A stretch of DNA of 63,717 nucleotides, filler included, from Collodictyon triciliatum (taxonomy: Eukaryota): assembly GCA_043381765.1 (NCBI GenBank). It is 8 parts of 8 records of this genome, joined end to end, with 100 filler letters (N's around TTAATTAATTAA, not from the genome) between each part and the next. Parts side by side here need not be neighbours in the genome. Positions count along the whole stretch, not along the records: positions 8,906 to 17,753 come from JBHJMP010003275.1; positions 17,854 to 26,722 come from JBHJMP010003276.1; 6 more parts are not named here. One strand, given 5' to 3'. A program made the position numbers and the translations under genes. The notes beneath the pieces were generated by a model, which did no database searches, was not told the origin of the DNA, and worked only from the letters and a program-made list of their open reading frames with translations. Of this stretch, positions 11,671 through 25,290 are shown one piece after another (position 1 is the first letter of the stretch; every line of letters begins with the position of its first letter).

Positions 11671-14107
11671 TGGAGTAGGTGTAGATTTAACACACCCAAA
11701 ACCACCCCTTCCCCCTCAGTGAAGTACAAAAAGAAAAAAGAAATAGAAAGTTATATCTGTTTGTAATCTATATATGGACACTGTTACAGCATTTTACTAT
11801 AATTTCATAATCAGGAATTACAAGATTGATTTTCGACTAATCTCCGACTCTGCTATTATTTTATTCTTTCTATTCACAATCCCTTTTAGCTTGCTGATGT
11901 TTTGCCGTGGCAGCTGTCTTTCGCTCAGTCATTCTTCATCCACCGCCCCTCTCAAACTTTTCGTTTTATACTCAAGGACGCTCAACAATAGCTGCCGATC
12001 GACTTGTTTGTGCATTTATTGGTTACTCATGGCAATCACGAGGCAGATTTTCAGCCGATAACCGGTCGATGCTTTCACACGCTCGATCAAAGGTTCATTC
12101 CCCGCCTCTTATACACACAATCAACCGAGAACTTAATAAGAAAGCCTTTGATGGAATAGCAAATAAGGTTGTCTGAATCAATTTTAACTATTTCTCTTTC
12201 TGTTTTCACTTGATGAACTGCATACACTTTACCAATCTAACATATCATAACTATTTTTTTATTTCTTCTATTGATTTTCTTCATTTTTTTTTGGATGGAA
12301 TAACGCCGTGGAGACCGAAAGCGCTGGCTTGGAGCAAACACACAACCGAACACAAGAATAGAACCCTCCGCTCGACCAATGCTTCCCAGTCAGGCTATTC
12401 GCCCCCAATGAGTGCCCGGAAGCAGAACCTGTACGGACACAGCTGTCACATCCACCTTTGAGGTAAGCACAAATGCTCAGAACTACCACAATCACAAACA
12501 AGCAAAGAAAGAATAAGCCCAAGTCCTGAAAGATCTAGAGTGCCATAATAAGATGACTATGAACCAGCTATTCGATCAACTTCAATAATACACATTATAT
12601 TTTCCAAAAGAAAAAATCGCAGAGTTAAATAATACTTCAGCAATCTTTTTTTTCGTGTCCATACCAAGAGAGGCCAGCTTTTTGCTACCCATTATCTGTG
12701 GCATTCCTCCGGACTTCATCAAGGGCGACATTGAAGGTACGTGAAAAAACATCGATTCATCTTCACAGTATTCTTCAATGGTTAAAACGTGTTTTTGATG
12801 AATGAAGCGCTGAATAAGAATCCGGCATCAGAAATACCCAAAGTATAAAAGAAGAAAAATTATATGTTACTTTTCCCTCTCTATTTCACACTCCGTCCCA
12901 GAACATAAGGAAAAAGCCAAAAGAAATAATCACAGTAAACTTCGTAATAATACTAACAGACCGATCCGTCAAGTATAGAAAGACAATGTCGACCCTTTTA
13001 AACCCAACCACCCGGAGCTATGAAAGAATCTGCACCGTTCAAGCAAGAACAACCTTCACAAGGGCCAAAAAGAGCGTACGGGTTCTTGGAGACGCGCCTC
13101 ACACTAAAACAATCTGGACAAACAATCCAAGGTACAATAGTATGTAGTCAATGTTATTTTTATTTTCATGCAAAATTTAGGTTTACTTTATCATTCGAGG
13201 GGTAATATTTTACGAAGAGAATTCCTAACGAAGCATTATTCTTTTTTTTTTTTTTTTATGATTTCTCTGTTAATCCAAGGCACATTTAGAAAACATACTT
13301 ACGTTGAATCGAGGGGCAAGCACCTAAGCCTGGAAAACTTAAGCGATGGTGGGTTAGTTTTTTTTTATTATTATTAAACCCCACGTACAAACTTCTCTAT
13401 GCAAACCTCTGGATATGACGAACGGAGAATATTTCGTGAGTATCAGTATTACAATTTTATTTTGTTTTTGAATTTGCCATTCTGCGGGAACATACTAACC
13501 ACTACATATAGNNNNNNNNNNNNNNNNNNNNNNNNNNNNNNNNNNNNNNNNNNNNNNNNNNNNNNNNNNNNNNNNNNNNNNNNNNNNNNNNNNNNNNNNN
13601 NNNNNNNNNNNNNNNNNNNNNNNNNNNNNNNNNNNNNNNNNNNNNNNNNNNNNNNNNNNNNNNNNNNNNNNNNNNNNNNNNNNNNNNNNNNNNNNNNNNN
13701 NNNNNNNNNNNNNNNNNNNNNNNNNNNNNNNNNNNNNNNNNNNNNNNNNNNNNNNNNNNNNNNNNNNNNNNNNNNNNNNNNNNNNNNNNNNNNNNNNNNN
13801 NNNNNNNNNNNNNNNNNNNNNNNNNNNNNNNNNNNNNNNNNNNNNNNNNNNNNNNNNNNNNNNNNNNNNNNNNNNNNNNNNNNNNNTGATATTGAGCTTT
13901 GAGCAGTAATACAGTATAATCTTGCTAGTCCATTGAAATTATCCAAAACGCATTCAACATACGGATCGATAAATCAAACATTATACATTTATGAAAAAGA
14001 AGAAATAGCTTGATCTATATTAGACTCTTTTTATAAATGGCACGCATTATAACTAATGAATACGATCCTTTTTATGCAACACACGAAGGAATAGGTTGGT
14101 TCAAAAC

Positions 14108-14801
14108 ATGTCTGCAACTGAAACCAGCACCGAGCCCAGCGTCAGCCTTGTCACCATCGACGAAGTCTGCACAAATACATACATATTTATAAATAAATAT
14201 TTTATATATCGAGAGGATTGATTACTTACGCCAAATACTGAGCACAGGCTGTCCTTGAATGGGTGAATTACCACCTGGGAAAAATTGAGCTCAAGGCGAA
14301 GAACATCCACGATGATTTTATGGACGGGTTCTTTTTGGCCATGCTGATTGAGACGGTCACCGGAAAGTCCATAGGAAACTACCATTCCCGCTTGTTTGCG
14401 TATGATTTATTTATGATATCCAAATATTGAATTTTTACATGGATTGGCATTTAATCCCTCTTCTTCTTTTCTTTTTCTTTTTTTTAGTGGCAAAGCTATT
14501 GAGGAGGAGGTTCTTGTTGACATGAATCAAAAGCTCATCGTCGATTGGTTTCTGAAATTGAATGTGCATGATGAGCCTGCTGCTTCACAGGCCCATTACG
14601 CTGGTTTGCTTTATTTGTTTTAAAGGGACTGTTTTTGGAATTTTTCATACATCACCCATTCATTTTGTATGAGTAATTGACATATTAATATTCCAACAGA
14701 CTTGCTCAATTCAATGCTTCAGTATCTTATTGGACAAAGTGTTGGCCATTTGGGAAATCTTGGGGTAACAAGATACCTACTTTAAATTTTCGTTTTTAAC
14801 G

Positions 14802-14835
<34 letters not shown>

Positions 14836-17753
14836 TTTTTTTTTTTTTTTTTTTTACTACGTTGAAATTTATTTTCTGATTTTGAAAATTGTAGAAAAAA
14901 TGTCGTGAGAGGTACGATATTGCCAAGAAGCTCTACGAAAGAGCGAAGGCCCCGTTTCCGTTCCATGGTTGAAATCCGATTGATCTTAATTTTTGTGATT
15001 TTTTCATCTATCTTGTTCATATTTATTTCTCAACTAATTTTTCAACTAAATTAAATTTAAATATTGATACAGGTCTTGGTCTGGAAGAAAAAGGCTCTGT
15101 CGTCCTCATCCGCACTTGCATTCTTCTTGACAAGGTAATTAATAATTAATTAAAAATGAATAAAACATATCAAATGCATTCCGTTTGGTGAAATATAATG
15201 TCGATTTCAAACCAGATGAAGCTTGCTCGTGAAGACCTGAAGGAGAGGCAATACAAGAAGTGGAATCCGGCTCCACAAAGATACGTGACACCAACACCAT
15301 TGCCGCTCATTGTCTTTGACGAGCGTGTCATCCGTGTTTTCCTTTCCTCCACTTTCCGTGACATGCAGCAAGAAAGAGACGAGTTCTTCAAGAATGGAGC
15401 TCCTGAGTTAGTTTAATCCATACATTTTTAAAATAAATCCATGATAAGGAACGATAATTTGATGTTATTTATTTCCCTTACAATATAATTTTTAATGCCA
15501 GATTGAAAAGACTTGCGAAATCGAAGGGACTGGACCTTGTGTTTATCGACTTGCGCTGGGGACTGACTTCTGTGGACAGTAGTGAGGGATGGGTAATTGC
15601 AATATTATTAACATTATTTTTTGAAATTGTCATTATACTGCAATTTATAAAATAATGAGCTTCAATTTTCTCTCGTTGCTTTCAAGGTTGTGATTCGCTG
15701 TTTGGACTCCATCGGAAAATGCCCATACTTTGTGTGCTCTCTCGGTGCGCGCTACGGCTGGATTCCTGACCAGAACAAAACGGAGCTGAACAAGCAAGCC
15801 CGCCTCGAGGAGCTGCTGAATACCAAGCCTGATGCTACCATGAAGGATATCTGGGTGGAATGGCGCAGTGAAACCAATAGCCGCTTCTCATTCATTGATG
15901 GAATGCCTGGGCTGAGTGTGACTGAATACGAGGTGAAGTGAATGTCTACATTTTATTCTTTATCATCCCATGAGTAATTACAATAGAGAAATTAATAAAA
16001 TCATTCTCTAAACTATATATTCATATTTAGATTCAGTATGCCTGTCTGATTGACAAACCAGCATGCAGCCGCGCCTTCTTTTACCTCCGTGATGAGCACT
16101 ATGCTGTCGAACATGCCAAGAACGAGGAAGAAAGAAAGCTTTTCCAAGCTGAAAGCGAAGAGGCGGTAAAAATTGATTTAAACATATGTTTTTTATTTTC
16201 GAGTAATTATGGTACGTTTATTTAATTATTTGATTTATTTGACATTTATTATGATGTATTTTTTTAGCGAAAGAGACAGGAGGAGCTCAAAGGGAAAGTC
16301 AAGGCCAAGTTCGGGCATGTTGTCTACAAGGGAGCGAAGGAGTATTCGGACTTTGTGACCTACCATCTCTCCTACGCCATCGAGCGCGACTTTGGGAAGC
16401 AAACTGTATTTTTTTTCTTATTTTTTAATAGATATCAGTATTGACTGGTGAGATATATTTCATTTATATTTTGTTCTCATAACTATACCATAGGTGAGCG
16501 ACCCTGAAGACCAAGCGCAGCACCAGTTCAAGATGCATCGATTGGCTGGGTTTGGTGGAAGAAAGGAGCTTCTCAAGACAATCACGCAGCAAGTATGATG
16601 AAAATCAATTAATTAAAAATGGCAACAATATCCATTGATTTTTCTTTTCTTATCTTTTATTTTATCAGGCCATGAATCAGCTGAGCATGGATAAGTCCAA
16701 AATCATCGTCCTTGCTGCCGAGTCTGGGATTGGAAAGTCGTCGCTGATGGCTGCTACAGCGAGAGACCTCGAAGGGCTGAAGCATCCTGGACTGAATGTT
16801 TTTTTCCATTTTGTTGGATGCACCAATCTCAGCAACTACGTGGAAAGGTTAAATTCTATTTCTTTTTGTTTTTATAGATATTATTTTGGTTTTTCAAAAA
16901 ATATTTGTTTTATTTTAGTGTGTCGATTCGCTTCTGGACTTTGGTCACAAACTCTGCCAACTTTGTCGGGGAAAAGAAGCAAGAAGCTGGTATTGTATTT
17001 TATTTTTATCTTTTTAATTCAAATGTCGCATAACAATTATTCACGCATTTATTTTTTTGCCACCAGAATACGGAAAAGAGGGACTCCAGGGCTTGCTGAA
17101 AATGATTCAGGAGAAAAACAAGTAATACTTCAATTTTTATGTCTATTTTATTTATCAAGTCAAAATTAAAATACTTTGAATCGAATAAAAAATTGATATT
17201 AAATTTTTTGTAGGGACGAGAAGTTTGTCTTTCTCATCGATGCCATCAACCAAATCCACCCGTCGCAAGGAACACCAGCTCCGCATCTGCTGACCTGGTT
17301 ACCCAAAGAAACGCCAGCTAATGTTGCGGTGGTTGTGTCGACCATTCATACCCATGAATCTTGCACGGTATTCATCATTTAATATTATTTTTTTGAATAT
17401 TTTTAAATCCTGCATAAAAATGATTCGAGTAGAACTTTACTATATTTCTCTGTTATAAGTCTGCCAAGCAAAGTGGACTGGAGCCGATTCCTGTCACCAA
17501 GTTGGCCGAGAGCGAAATTAAGGATGGTGTCGAATCATTCCTCATTCGCTACGATAAGACCCTGAACGAAAAGCAAGTTGGAATGATTCTGGCTGACCTG
17601 GAAGATACTGGTGAGAAATTATCAAAAGAATATATATCTTGATTAATTTTTTCTAAGGAATAATTAATTAACCTTATCTGATATTTTTTATAGGCCATCC
17701 GCTCTATCTCCGCATCATTCTGGATGAAGTCAGGGTCTTTGGTGTCTATGAGA
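14108..17753 (+). CDS. Multi-exon CH-like + DUF4062 + NACHT/AAA_16 STAND NTPase (TEP1/NPHP3/NWD-like), 3'-truncated by scaffold end
   Basis: Phase-consistent GT-AG exons. N-terminus AVLEWVNYHLGKIELKAKNIHDDFMDGFFLAMLIETVTG (CH-like). DUF4062: IRVFLSSTFRDMQQERD, FIDLRWGLT, CLDSIGKCPYFVCSLGARYGWIP, SVTEYEIQYA. Walker A AESGIGKSSL, FFHFVG, Walker B FVFLIDAINQI, LTWLP, and GHPLYLRIILDEVRVFG. Confidence 0.9.
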
Positions 17754-18734
17754 NNNNNNNNNNNNNNNNNNNNNNNNNNNNNNNNNNNNNNNNNNNNTTA
17801 ATTAATTAANNNNNNNNNNNNNNNNNNNNNNNNNNNNNNNNNNNNNNNNNNNNGGTAAATCAGATTATACATCTATAAAATCCTCGATACGAAGAAACCA
17901 AGCTATCCATACAGTAAGCACCCTCCAAAAAGTCATATAAGTTGGCTGCCTATTAGAAATTTTCATGTGGCTATGTCTATACATATTGAACACAATATTT
18001 AGTTATTAAGCTATTTGCCATCATAAACTTCAACATCTGCATAAATCAAGAAAAAAACTAAAAAAAATCCTTCAAAATTAGCCTGTGTAAATTTATGTGC
18101 CCACAGGTAAAAACGTTTTCTACGGATTTGCTTTCTCGATATAACACTGTAGAAAAAACACCAAATAAAATCGCGCATTAATATATATTGGTAGACAAAT
18201 GGACGGATAATAGCGTCAAACAAATATAAGCTCTATGACCTAAAAACAAAAGTAAAAAAGAAATACATGTGATTAGCGAAGAAGCGAAGCATATCAGACG
18301 TGTTTTTTGGGGATTGCGAAGCAAAGGCAGAGTCAAATATTCCTATTTTTAGCTTTATTGTTATTTGCCCAGTCGCATTGCACACAAATATTGATGATAC
18401 AAAAAAGTAGAAAGTAAAAAAATATGGTATGTGTTTTCAGAAGCTTTATATTTATGAATATAATAGAACTGTGTTCAATCCGCCTTGATGGAGCACACGA
18501 CTGAATGGACGCTCCTGAATGCTACTTATCACTGGGCATATACCATAAGACATAATGTTGTTTTGGATATACACTACTAGGCGAGATGGCATAACATACG
18601 ACCCATGCTCGTTCATTATTTTTTTCACATGCCACAGTCAATAGAAAACAAAGTATTATATGTTGATATCATACGAGTGAACCAATTACTTTTTTATATT
18701 TTTTATGTTCTGGTTTGCATTTATTTTTGTTTTG

Positions 18735-19525
18735 GCAGTGTTTTCGGCTGCTTTATGTCACCAATAGGGAGCTATGGATTGGCACACGCGCGGCAAAAGC
18801 TGGCAAAGTCTCCCAACAATGCACACTTTGCAGCAACGGTGATGAATCCATTGAACACACATTCGTGCAATGTCCCGTCGCTCAAAACCTGCGCGAAACA
18901 GCCGGTGAGATTGTTCGACTGACACTCAATACGGCTGCGGCTGTTGGCCCAATCCAGGTGATATTTGGGCCTCTGCAACAGCTGCGTCCAGATGCAAAAA
19001 CATTCTGGGCAGTCTCCACTGTCTCGTCCACAGCTCATTTCTTGTCCTAGAGGCGAAGGCGGTTTCCTCGGCTTTGTTTTCTCTCAATAAACTGTTGAAA
19101 AGAAACCAAAAAAAAAACATTCTGGGCAGTGAAGCGAGGCCATTTGCTATGGACTATGTGGATAGCGTGCATATACTCACGCAATGCAAGATTCAACCAC
19201 CAGCCACCCATTCCCGATAATAGGCTGGATGGCATCATACAAATCTCTTTCCTCAATAGCTTTCTTCGCCACCTGCACATTCTCTACTACTACGACCCCG
19301 TGAGAAGAGACATGTGGAAAGAGGCTGAGAAAGAGATTCAACCTCGCCTTGTATCTCTCACGCACGCACAAGACCCAGGCTACAGGCCAAACCGCTGGAT
19401 GCAAATCCTGTTTACCGACTACTTCTCCGCCTCTCAGCCAACAAGTTGGGCTAGTGCAAAAGAAGGCTGGCACCTTGGAGACAGGAACTTCATCTCCACA
19501 CGCAAGAAAAACAAACAAAATAAAA
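18735..19525 (+). mobile_element. 5'-truncated Tx1/L1-like LINE, ORF2 C-terminus with zf-RVT-type CCHC (family B), interrupted by a nested insertion
   Basis: CTLCSNGDESIEHTFVQC fits the CxxC..E..EH....C zinc motif at the end of L1/Tx1 ORF2. Removing 19014-19130 restores the frame (..PDAKTFWAV-KRGHLLWTMW..). Confidence 0.85.
19014..19112 (+). mobile_element. About 100-nt 3' end of family A with poly(A), inserted with an 18-bp TSD
   Basis: Near-identical to the reverse complement of 9340-9440. Flanked by aaaaacattctgggcagt at 18996-19013 and 19113-19130. Confidence 0.9.
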
Positions 19526-22500
19526 TGGCAAAGAATGGCCCAGTAAGATGAGTTTATAAGCAAAGTGATTTGGCTTTGACTTCGGCTTAGTGGAAAAATA
19601 AATTAATCGAACGCGATAGATTCTTTGAACGATGCACTTAAACAGAGCTTTGCATCAAATGGCGAAATGAAGTTACTCAGGAAATGGGTTGTAGTGAGTC
19701 AACATAGTTCAGATACATATATTTATCACAGGAAAAAGCCATACAATCAAGTAATAATACAAAAAAAATCAAATACAGCATTATATCCAAATTGAATATT
19801 CTTTTTTTTAAATAAAATTGGCGACTTTCACATGTTGCGTCTACTGGTTGCGCATTCATCGTCTGATTTAAATCAGCTGCGTCATTTGGACTTTGCCGGA
19901 AGTTAGGCCTCGGATTGAATCCAAGTCAGTCCTTTGGTAGTTACAGTTTTTTAAGGATTGTATGAAGCTCGACCCACAATAGATATATTTAGATGAGTCA
20001 TGAATTTTGTTTCTATACTACAACGACCTGCATATGAATCCAAAACGCGTTCGTACTTTCAACCAAGGCGCAAAAACTAGGGCGGGCTGTAGAATAATAA
20101 TAAAACACTTTCTTTTAACAAAATGTCAAAGAAAAATCAATGCGCCACATTGACCTTAGCGACAGTGTGAGATCAGTAACTTACAAAAAAAAGAGAATTC
20201 TGGCAGTGATCTAATAAGTTATTATTTTTACAGAATATCCAATAATATCATATATTCCTTTTGAAAAGTAAAAAAGTAGCATTATAGCATAAACCTTTGC
20301 TTTGTGTCAGGTTTTGTAAGCCACTATAATGGGTCAGTAAAGATACTCGAAAGGCGGTGCGCGTCACTTAAGCCTGCATCAAATATCAGCCTTTTCAAAA
20401 AAATAGATTCAAATAAAACGGTATTCATCATTGGCGATGTGTTTGATCAATAAACTATTGAAGAAAAGAAAGAAAAGAAGGAAGAAGTAACAAGCTAGTA
20501 AACTAGACTTTGGATTTCAATAGCGATATGTGCCCGCAGTGCTTTCAAGAGAAACAATCAGCAGTGAAATGTATCAAAGTGCTTTGATTTACTGGTTTTT
20601 TAGGTCACGGACTGCATTCTTTCCATCAGATATCTTTTTGGATGAGGTCGATATGTGGGCCATTTAATGCGCACAATGTGCTTTTCTCTTCAACTGATAC
20701 AATGCGATGTTCTAGTGCTTTTGTTTCTTGTTATGTGTGAATGTTAATGTTAATGTTGATGCGACAGGACTAATATACCTTCCATAGGTACACATTTTAT
20801 TATGTGCAGCTGCAATATTTCCCTCTGTTCATAGGCCGTTACAAATAAAAATGAATAATCGATGAAGAATTGGTAGTGTGATGGAAGAGATGGATTGGTT
20901 TGCAATATCTGCTTTCATTTTCATATTCCTAGCTATATTTACTTTCAAATAGTCACTAACCCGCTTATTCAGATATACAAGACACTAGTTTCATTTTTTC
21001 CACTTCTGTCCCATCCATCTCTTTTCTATTCCTTATGGTGTGTGTATAGAAGAACAAAAATTTAATAATGAGAAGACATCATATTTTGTCATTGTACTTA
21101 TAAAATGTAAAATATTATCAATTCCATAAAGAGAAAAATAGCTCACTTTTGTATATAGCAGATCAACTCACAAACGCATTTCCACCAACGAAAGCACACA
21201 GACAGCCAAGAACTAAAGCCAAAGATCAGGAGAACAGAACAGAGATAATTCATAGAATCCTTATGGCGGGACACTCATTCATTTTACCACACAAACAACA
21301 ATATCAACATATGCCAAGCAAACTGAAGAAACCAACATGAATCATAGTTTTATTTTTCTTTAAAAAGGCAAAGGAACAACTTTAAGCAAGTTTGATATTT
21401 TATTTCAAATTGATATCTTTTTTCAAAAAGTCGAAAGACTTTATCGAGAGAGGGGTAGTCTATCAAATGCTGGGAAATAATACAAACTATAAAAGATACA
21501 AGCAAGGACACAAAACGATTCCTTCCAGCAAACCTATATGTGTTTGACTTAGTCCTTGCCTTGTTTAATATCTGGTTCTACCATTACTCATCATCCCACA
21601 ACTGAAAAAACTCTTGAAAACTCAATTGCGTATCCAAATAATAAAGAATTCAAGTTTTCTAATTTTATGTGCCAATTTTGTCAGGGCTCTCATTTATACA
21701 GCAACCTGTAAGCCAAGAAGAAACGGGACTATTCAAGTTGTGGAGCATCCTGTAGCAGAGAATTTTTGGCCATGCATCCACACTTCCTGAGCTACTCAAA
21801 TCTCCATATACACTTTATTATTTTATCTTCATAGCTATAGTTTTAGTTTTATTATTATTTATGGTGTATATTGGACTCTTATCCCATCACGTGCAGCTTG
21901 GGATAATTTTCACGGGCATGACGGCGACTAAAACATTGGTTGCTCTGTTGTCCACATTGCACTCACTTGGACGAATAATTTCAAAGACGCAAACATTAAG
22001 TACATCTCGTTAAGCCACATGCTTGCCATCATTTCGGTTATTTTGATCTTTTTGCCTAGTTCTTCTCAACTCAGGCTTTTTATGGGATTCACGTACTAGA
22101 GAAAAATATAGCATATTCTGATCTATATAATAATTATATGCCTTCCTCCCCCTATATTTTTATTTTTTATCAAGCAAAGCTGCCGTCAATTTAACGTGCC
22201 TGGGAGCATACTATCAGGATAACAGTCTAAACAACTCATCGTTTATTGTGCTCGGGGAATCGCTATGATTGAGGGTAAGTGATGAGTTATTTATCATTAT
22301 TTTTTTATTATAATTGTTAAGTTTTTTCATCAACCGCATGCCATATCAAAATATATAACAATATGTACTTTTATTAGTCATGCTATTATAAACAATACCT
22401 TAAATGACCCTCACTGTCCATAGGATAGAGAAAATGGTTGAGCTATGGCCAAAAAGGGAGGAAAAGTTCATCTATAATGACTGCATCCCTGAGACTGAAG

Positions 22501-24249
22501 CTGATCATTTGGCACCAGAAATGTAATAATGTAACTTTATAATGACAAATTATATCGAAGAATCGATTTTTTGTACACGCGAGATGACATAATTTTTAAA
22601 TAATAAGACAATTCGCAACATTAATTGTTCGTTCGAACATTTACCACCATCGAAGAAAAGGAAGAAATCTGCGTGATGAAGAAGCGGTTACTCTATTTAC
22701 TGTTTTGATATTTACTACCCCATTCTTTTTTTATATTGAATTCTTAAACTTTAGAAATCGTTTTTTTTTTTTTGATCAATTCACATTTTACATCCACCAT
22801 ATTACGAGCAATAGCTGACATACTGCACAACTTTTGCAACAAGGGCAATATTGGATTCGTAAGAATAATGCTTTTGAATTGTCGGATAGACTCCAAAAAA
22901 ACATACAAATATTTATAATTGAATTAATTACTACACTAAACCTCAATATTTTCGAAACTTAAACAATTATACATTCCAAATAGTCCGGAGATAGTCGTCC
23001 TTCAACGCGGCGCCTTTAGTCGCAAAATTACACTTCAATTAGTCGTATTTAAGTATGATACACTTCACGTGACTTAATGCACAGGTCCTTAGATTATATA
23101 ATTCTAAGAAAGTAGTAGACTCTGATTCTTTGTTATCATTACAAAATTTTCTTTATCTCTCACATGGGCACAAATAAGATTGAATGATGGATGAATTATA
23201 AGAAAAGATGTTCGAAAAACAAAGGTGTTGAATTTTACGACATGAAAATATTTTTAAACATTATAGATATTGATAGCCTTTCTACGGATATGTCTTCTAC
23301 TCGCATTTGCTTTCTACCACGCGCACTTATCTCGTCCCTTTATATGGCATAACCGCGCTGCACTTTGAATCGAATTAAGGAACAAAAAAAATTAATCATT
23401 TCAGATATACAAAGTTACGGATAGAGTAATTTTAATGCTTTCTCAGTGGAATCTAACAAAAGCTCTTTATAGTAGCACCTGACGAACTAGCCAAATAGGC
23501 TCATTCTTCCCTATCTCACCGCGCATAAGTCTTTGCGCTCGCAAATTTTAGATCATATACAAGCCATATTTTGAATTTTGTTCGTTTCATCTTTATCAGT
23601 AATTTTTTATTTATGTCTATCATATATTGAATTATCTCAATACATAGAAAACTCCATAATTAACATATTCAACACACATTTTACAAGAGAGTGGAATCTT
23701 TAGGCCAGAATTCACAAGCATTCTGATTGTAGAACAGTGTGGTTCTGATCATATTTTATCATACAACAAATTTGGTACGTTTTACCTCTAAAAACAAAAA
23801 AAAAAAAATTAAGATAGTAAATCATGATAGAAAATTCGTCACATATTTGATACCAACAATAGAACACAAAATACGCACACACTGAGTTTCGATTCGTCTA
23901 GCAAAAATATAACAAAATGAGAATCAAACAAACTTCATTCTGTGCCAATGCCCTTTTTTTCGATAAATGGTTCAACCTGGCTACTTCACGGACCAGCTGA
24001 AAAATCGCATTATTTTATTCAATATACCATGTTAAGCATTAGTTATTCATCTTCAATCGGAAACTGACCAAACTAAAGTCATGGAAAAACTCTGATACAG
24101 TTGAAAATGGAAGGGAGAAAAGACAAAATACGTGGGAAAGGGAACTGTTTCGATCTAATACTTGGAGGGAGGATGGGGTAGTGGATCGGCGGCTTCTAGT
24201 TTTCCCGATGGCCTGAAGTAAAGGTCTAAGAACGTACGGTGGGGGTGCT

Positions 24250-25082
24250 GGGTGTGTTGTGTGTGGTAGTAAGTATGTCTTCGTCTAATCATTCAATAAT
24301 TACCAAAAAAAAAAATAATTAGAAAACTATAATTTTTAAATCTAAGGGACTGGGAAATGACTTTCTCGCGGCTCCTACTAATTCAAGGTACATATGAATT
24401 TATAATTGACGGCTTGCACAAGAGATTAAAATGGATTCATAGTATCCAGATTAATTTTTCTCTATTATGCAGACTCAAGAATCATTTAGTGATATTTGTT
24501 GGTTTGGATCGGAAGAATATGCATCTACGCTACAATTCCGCGTTTACAGCAGCCAATTAGTAATTTGAATATTTTACAGAGAAAAATTAATGCTTTTGTT
24601 CGTATATTGACCCCACTCAAAACAGTCGCAATTCTCTCTGTTAGGAGTTTCTCTTGGCAGTAAAGCAACTTCATATGACGCTTCTAATTCACTTACATTT
24701 TATGAAAAGTATAAATATTTCAATAGAGACCAGAAAAAGCCTAACTTGTGCCTCCGTCACGCCGTCCGAATTCGTATCAGGAATCATATTTAATTATGTA
24801 TATAATCAATTTTAGCGGAAATCGTTTAGAGAGCAGGCTAACGGTATTATTAACGCCATGAACCCGCACCAAAAAGAGATACGTCAGACACCACCCCTCC
24901 CCCAGGACATGTGAGACTACAAACAACGCACTGGCACTACATAAATACACCCACCGTTCGAGGCCTTTTTACCAACATATGAAGGTTTATTACATGGTGA
25001 GCTATGTACTCATGTTTATATAATGCTTCTTTATGCGACTTGAGGATAAGGGTTTTCAATTCTCATTCTACTCGTCTTAATA

Positions 25083-25123
<41 letters not shown>

Positions 25124-25290
25124 TTTTTTTTTTTTTTTTTTTTGCAGGATTTGTGGGCTTGAAGATTTCCAAATAATCCACACACCCCTCCCCTCCAACT
25201 CAACATGCAAGATTAAAAGCGTTTATTTTCACTCCTGAAATTGATGACCGAACCGCCTTTTTTGCAGACAGATCACGCCCTTTTTTTCTG
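24250..25290 (+). repeat. Diverged non-coding module shared with 44623-45680
   Basis: Four colinear blocks: tgtgttgtgtgtgg(t/a)agtaagtatgtctt, acaccacccctcccc, a second C-rich box ending tccaa, and tcacgccctttt. Confidence 0.55.

Noticed and set aside
11240-11766. Long F/L/Y/C-rich ORFs here and at 29075, 31120, 32294-32718, 33036-33408, 35870, 38334, 43639, 54056-55249 and 59480-60039
   Set aside because: Translations of microsatellites or low-complexity tracts.
13399-13946. ORFs made mostly of X (also 29594-30277 and 37684-38284)
   Set aside because: They read through N gaps.
18712-19532. Imperfect inverted repeats flanking the family B fragment (possible TIRs)
   Set aside because: Low-complexity A/T tracts with several gaps, and the internal sequence is LINE-like.
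19875-19940. B-box-like ggattgaatcc as a possible tRNA gene
   Set aside because: No cloverleaf or A box could be built.
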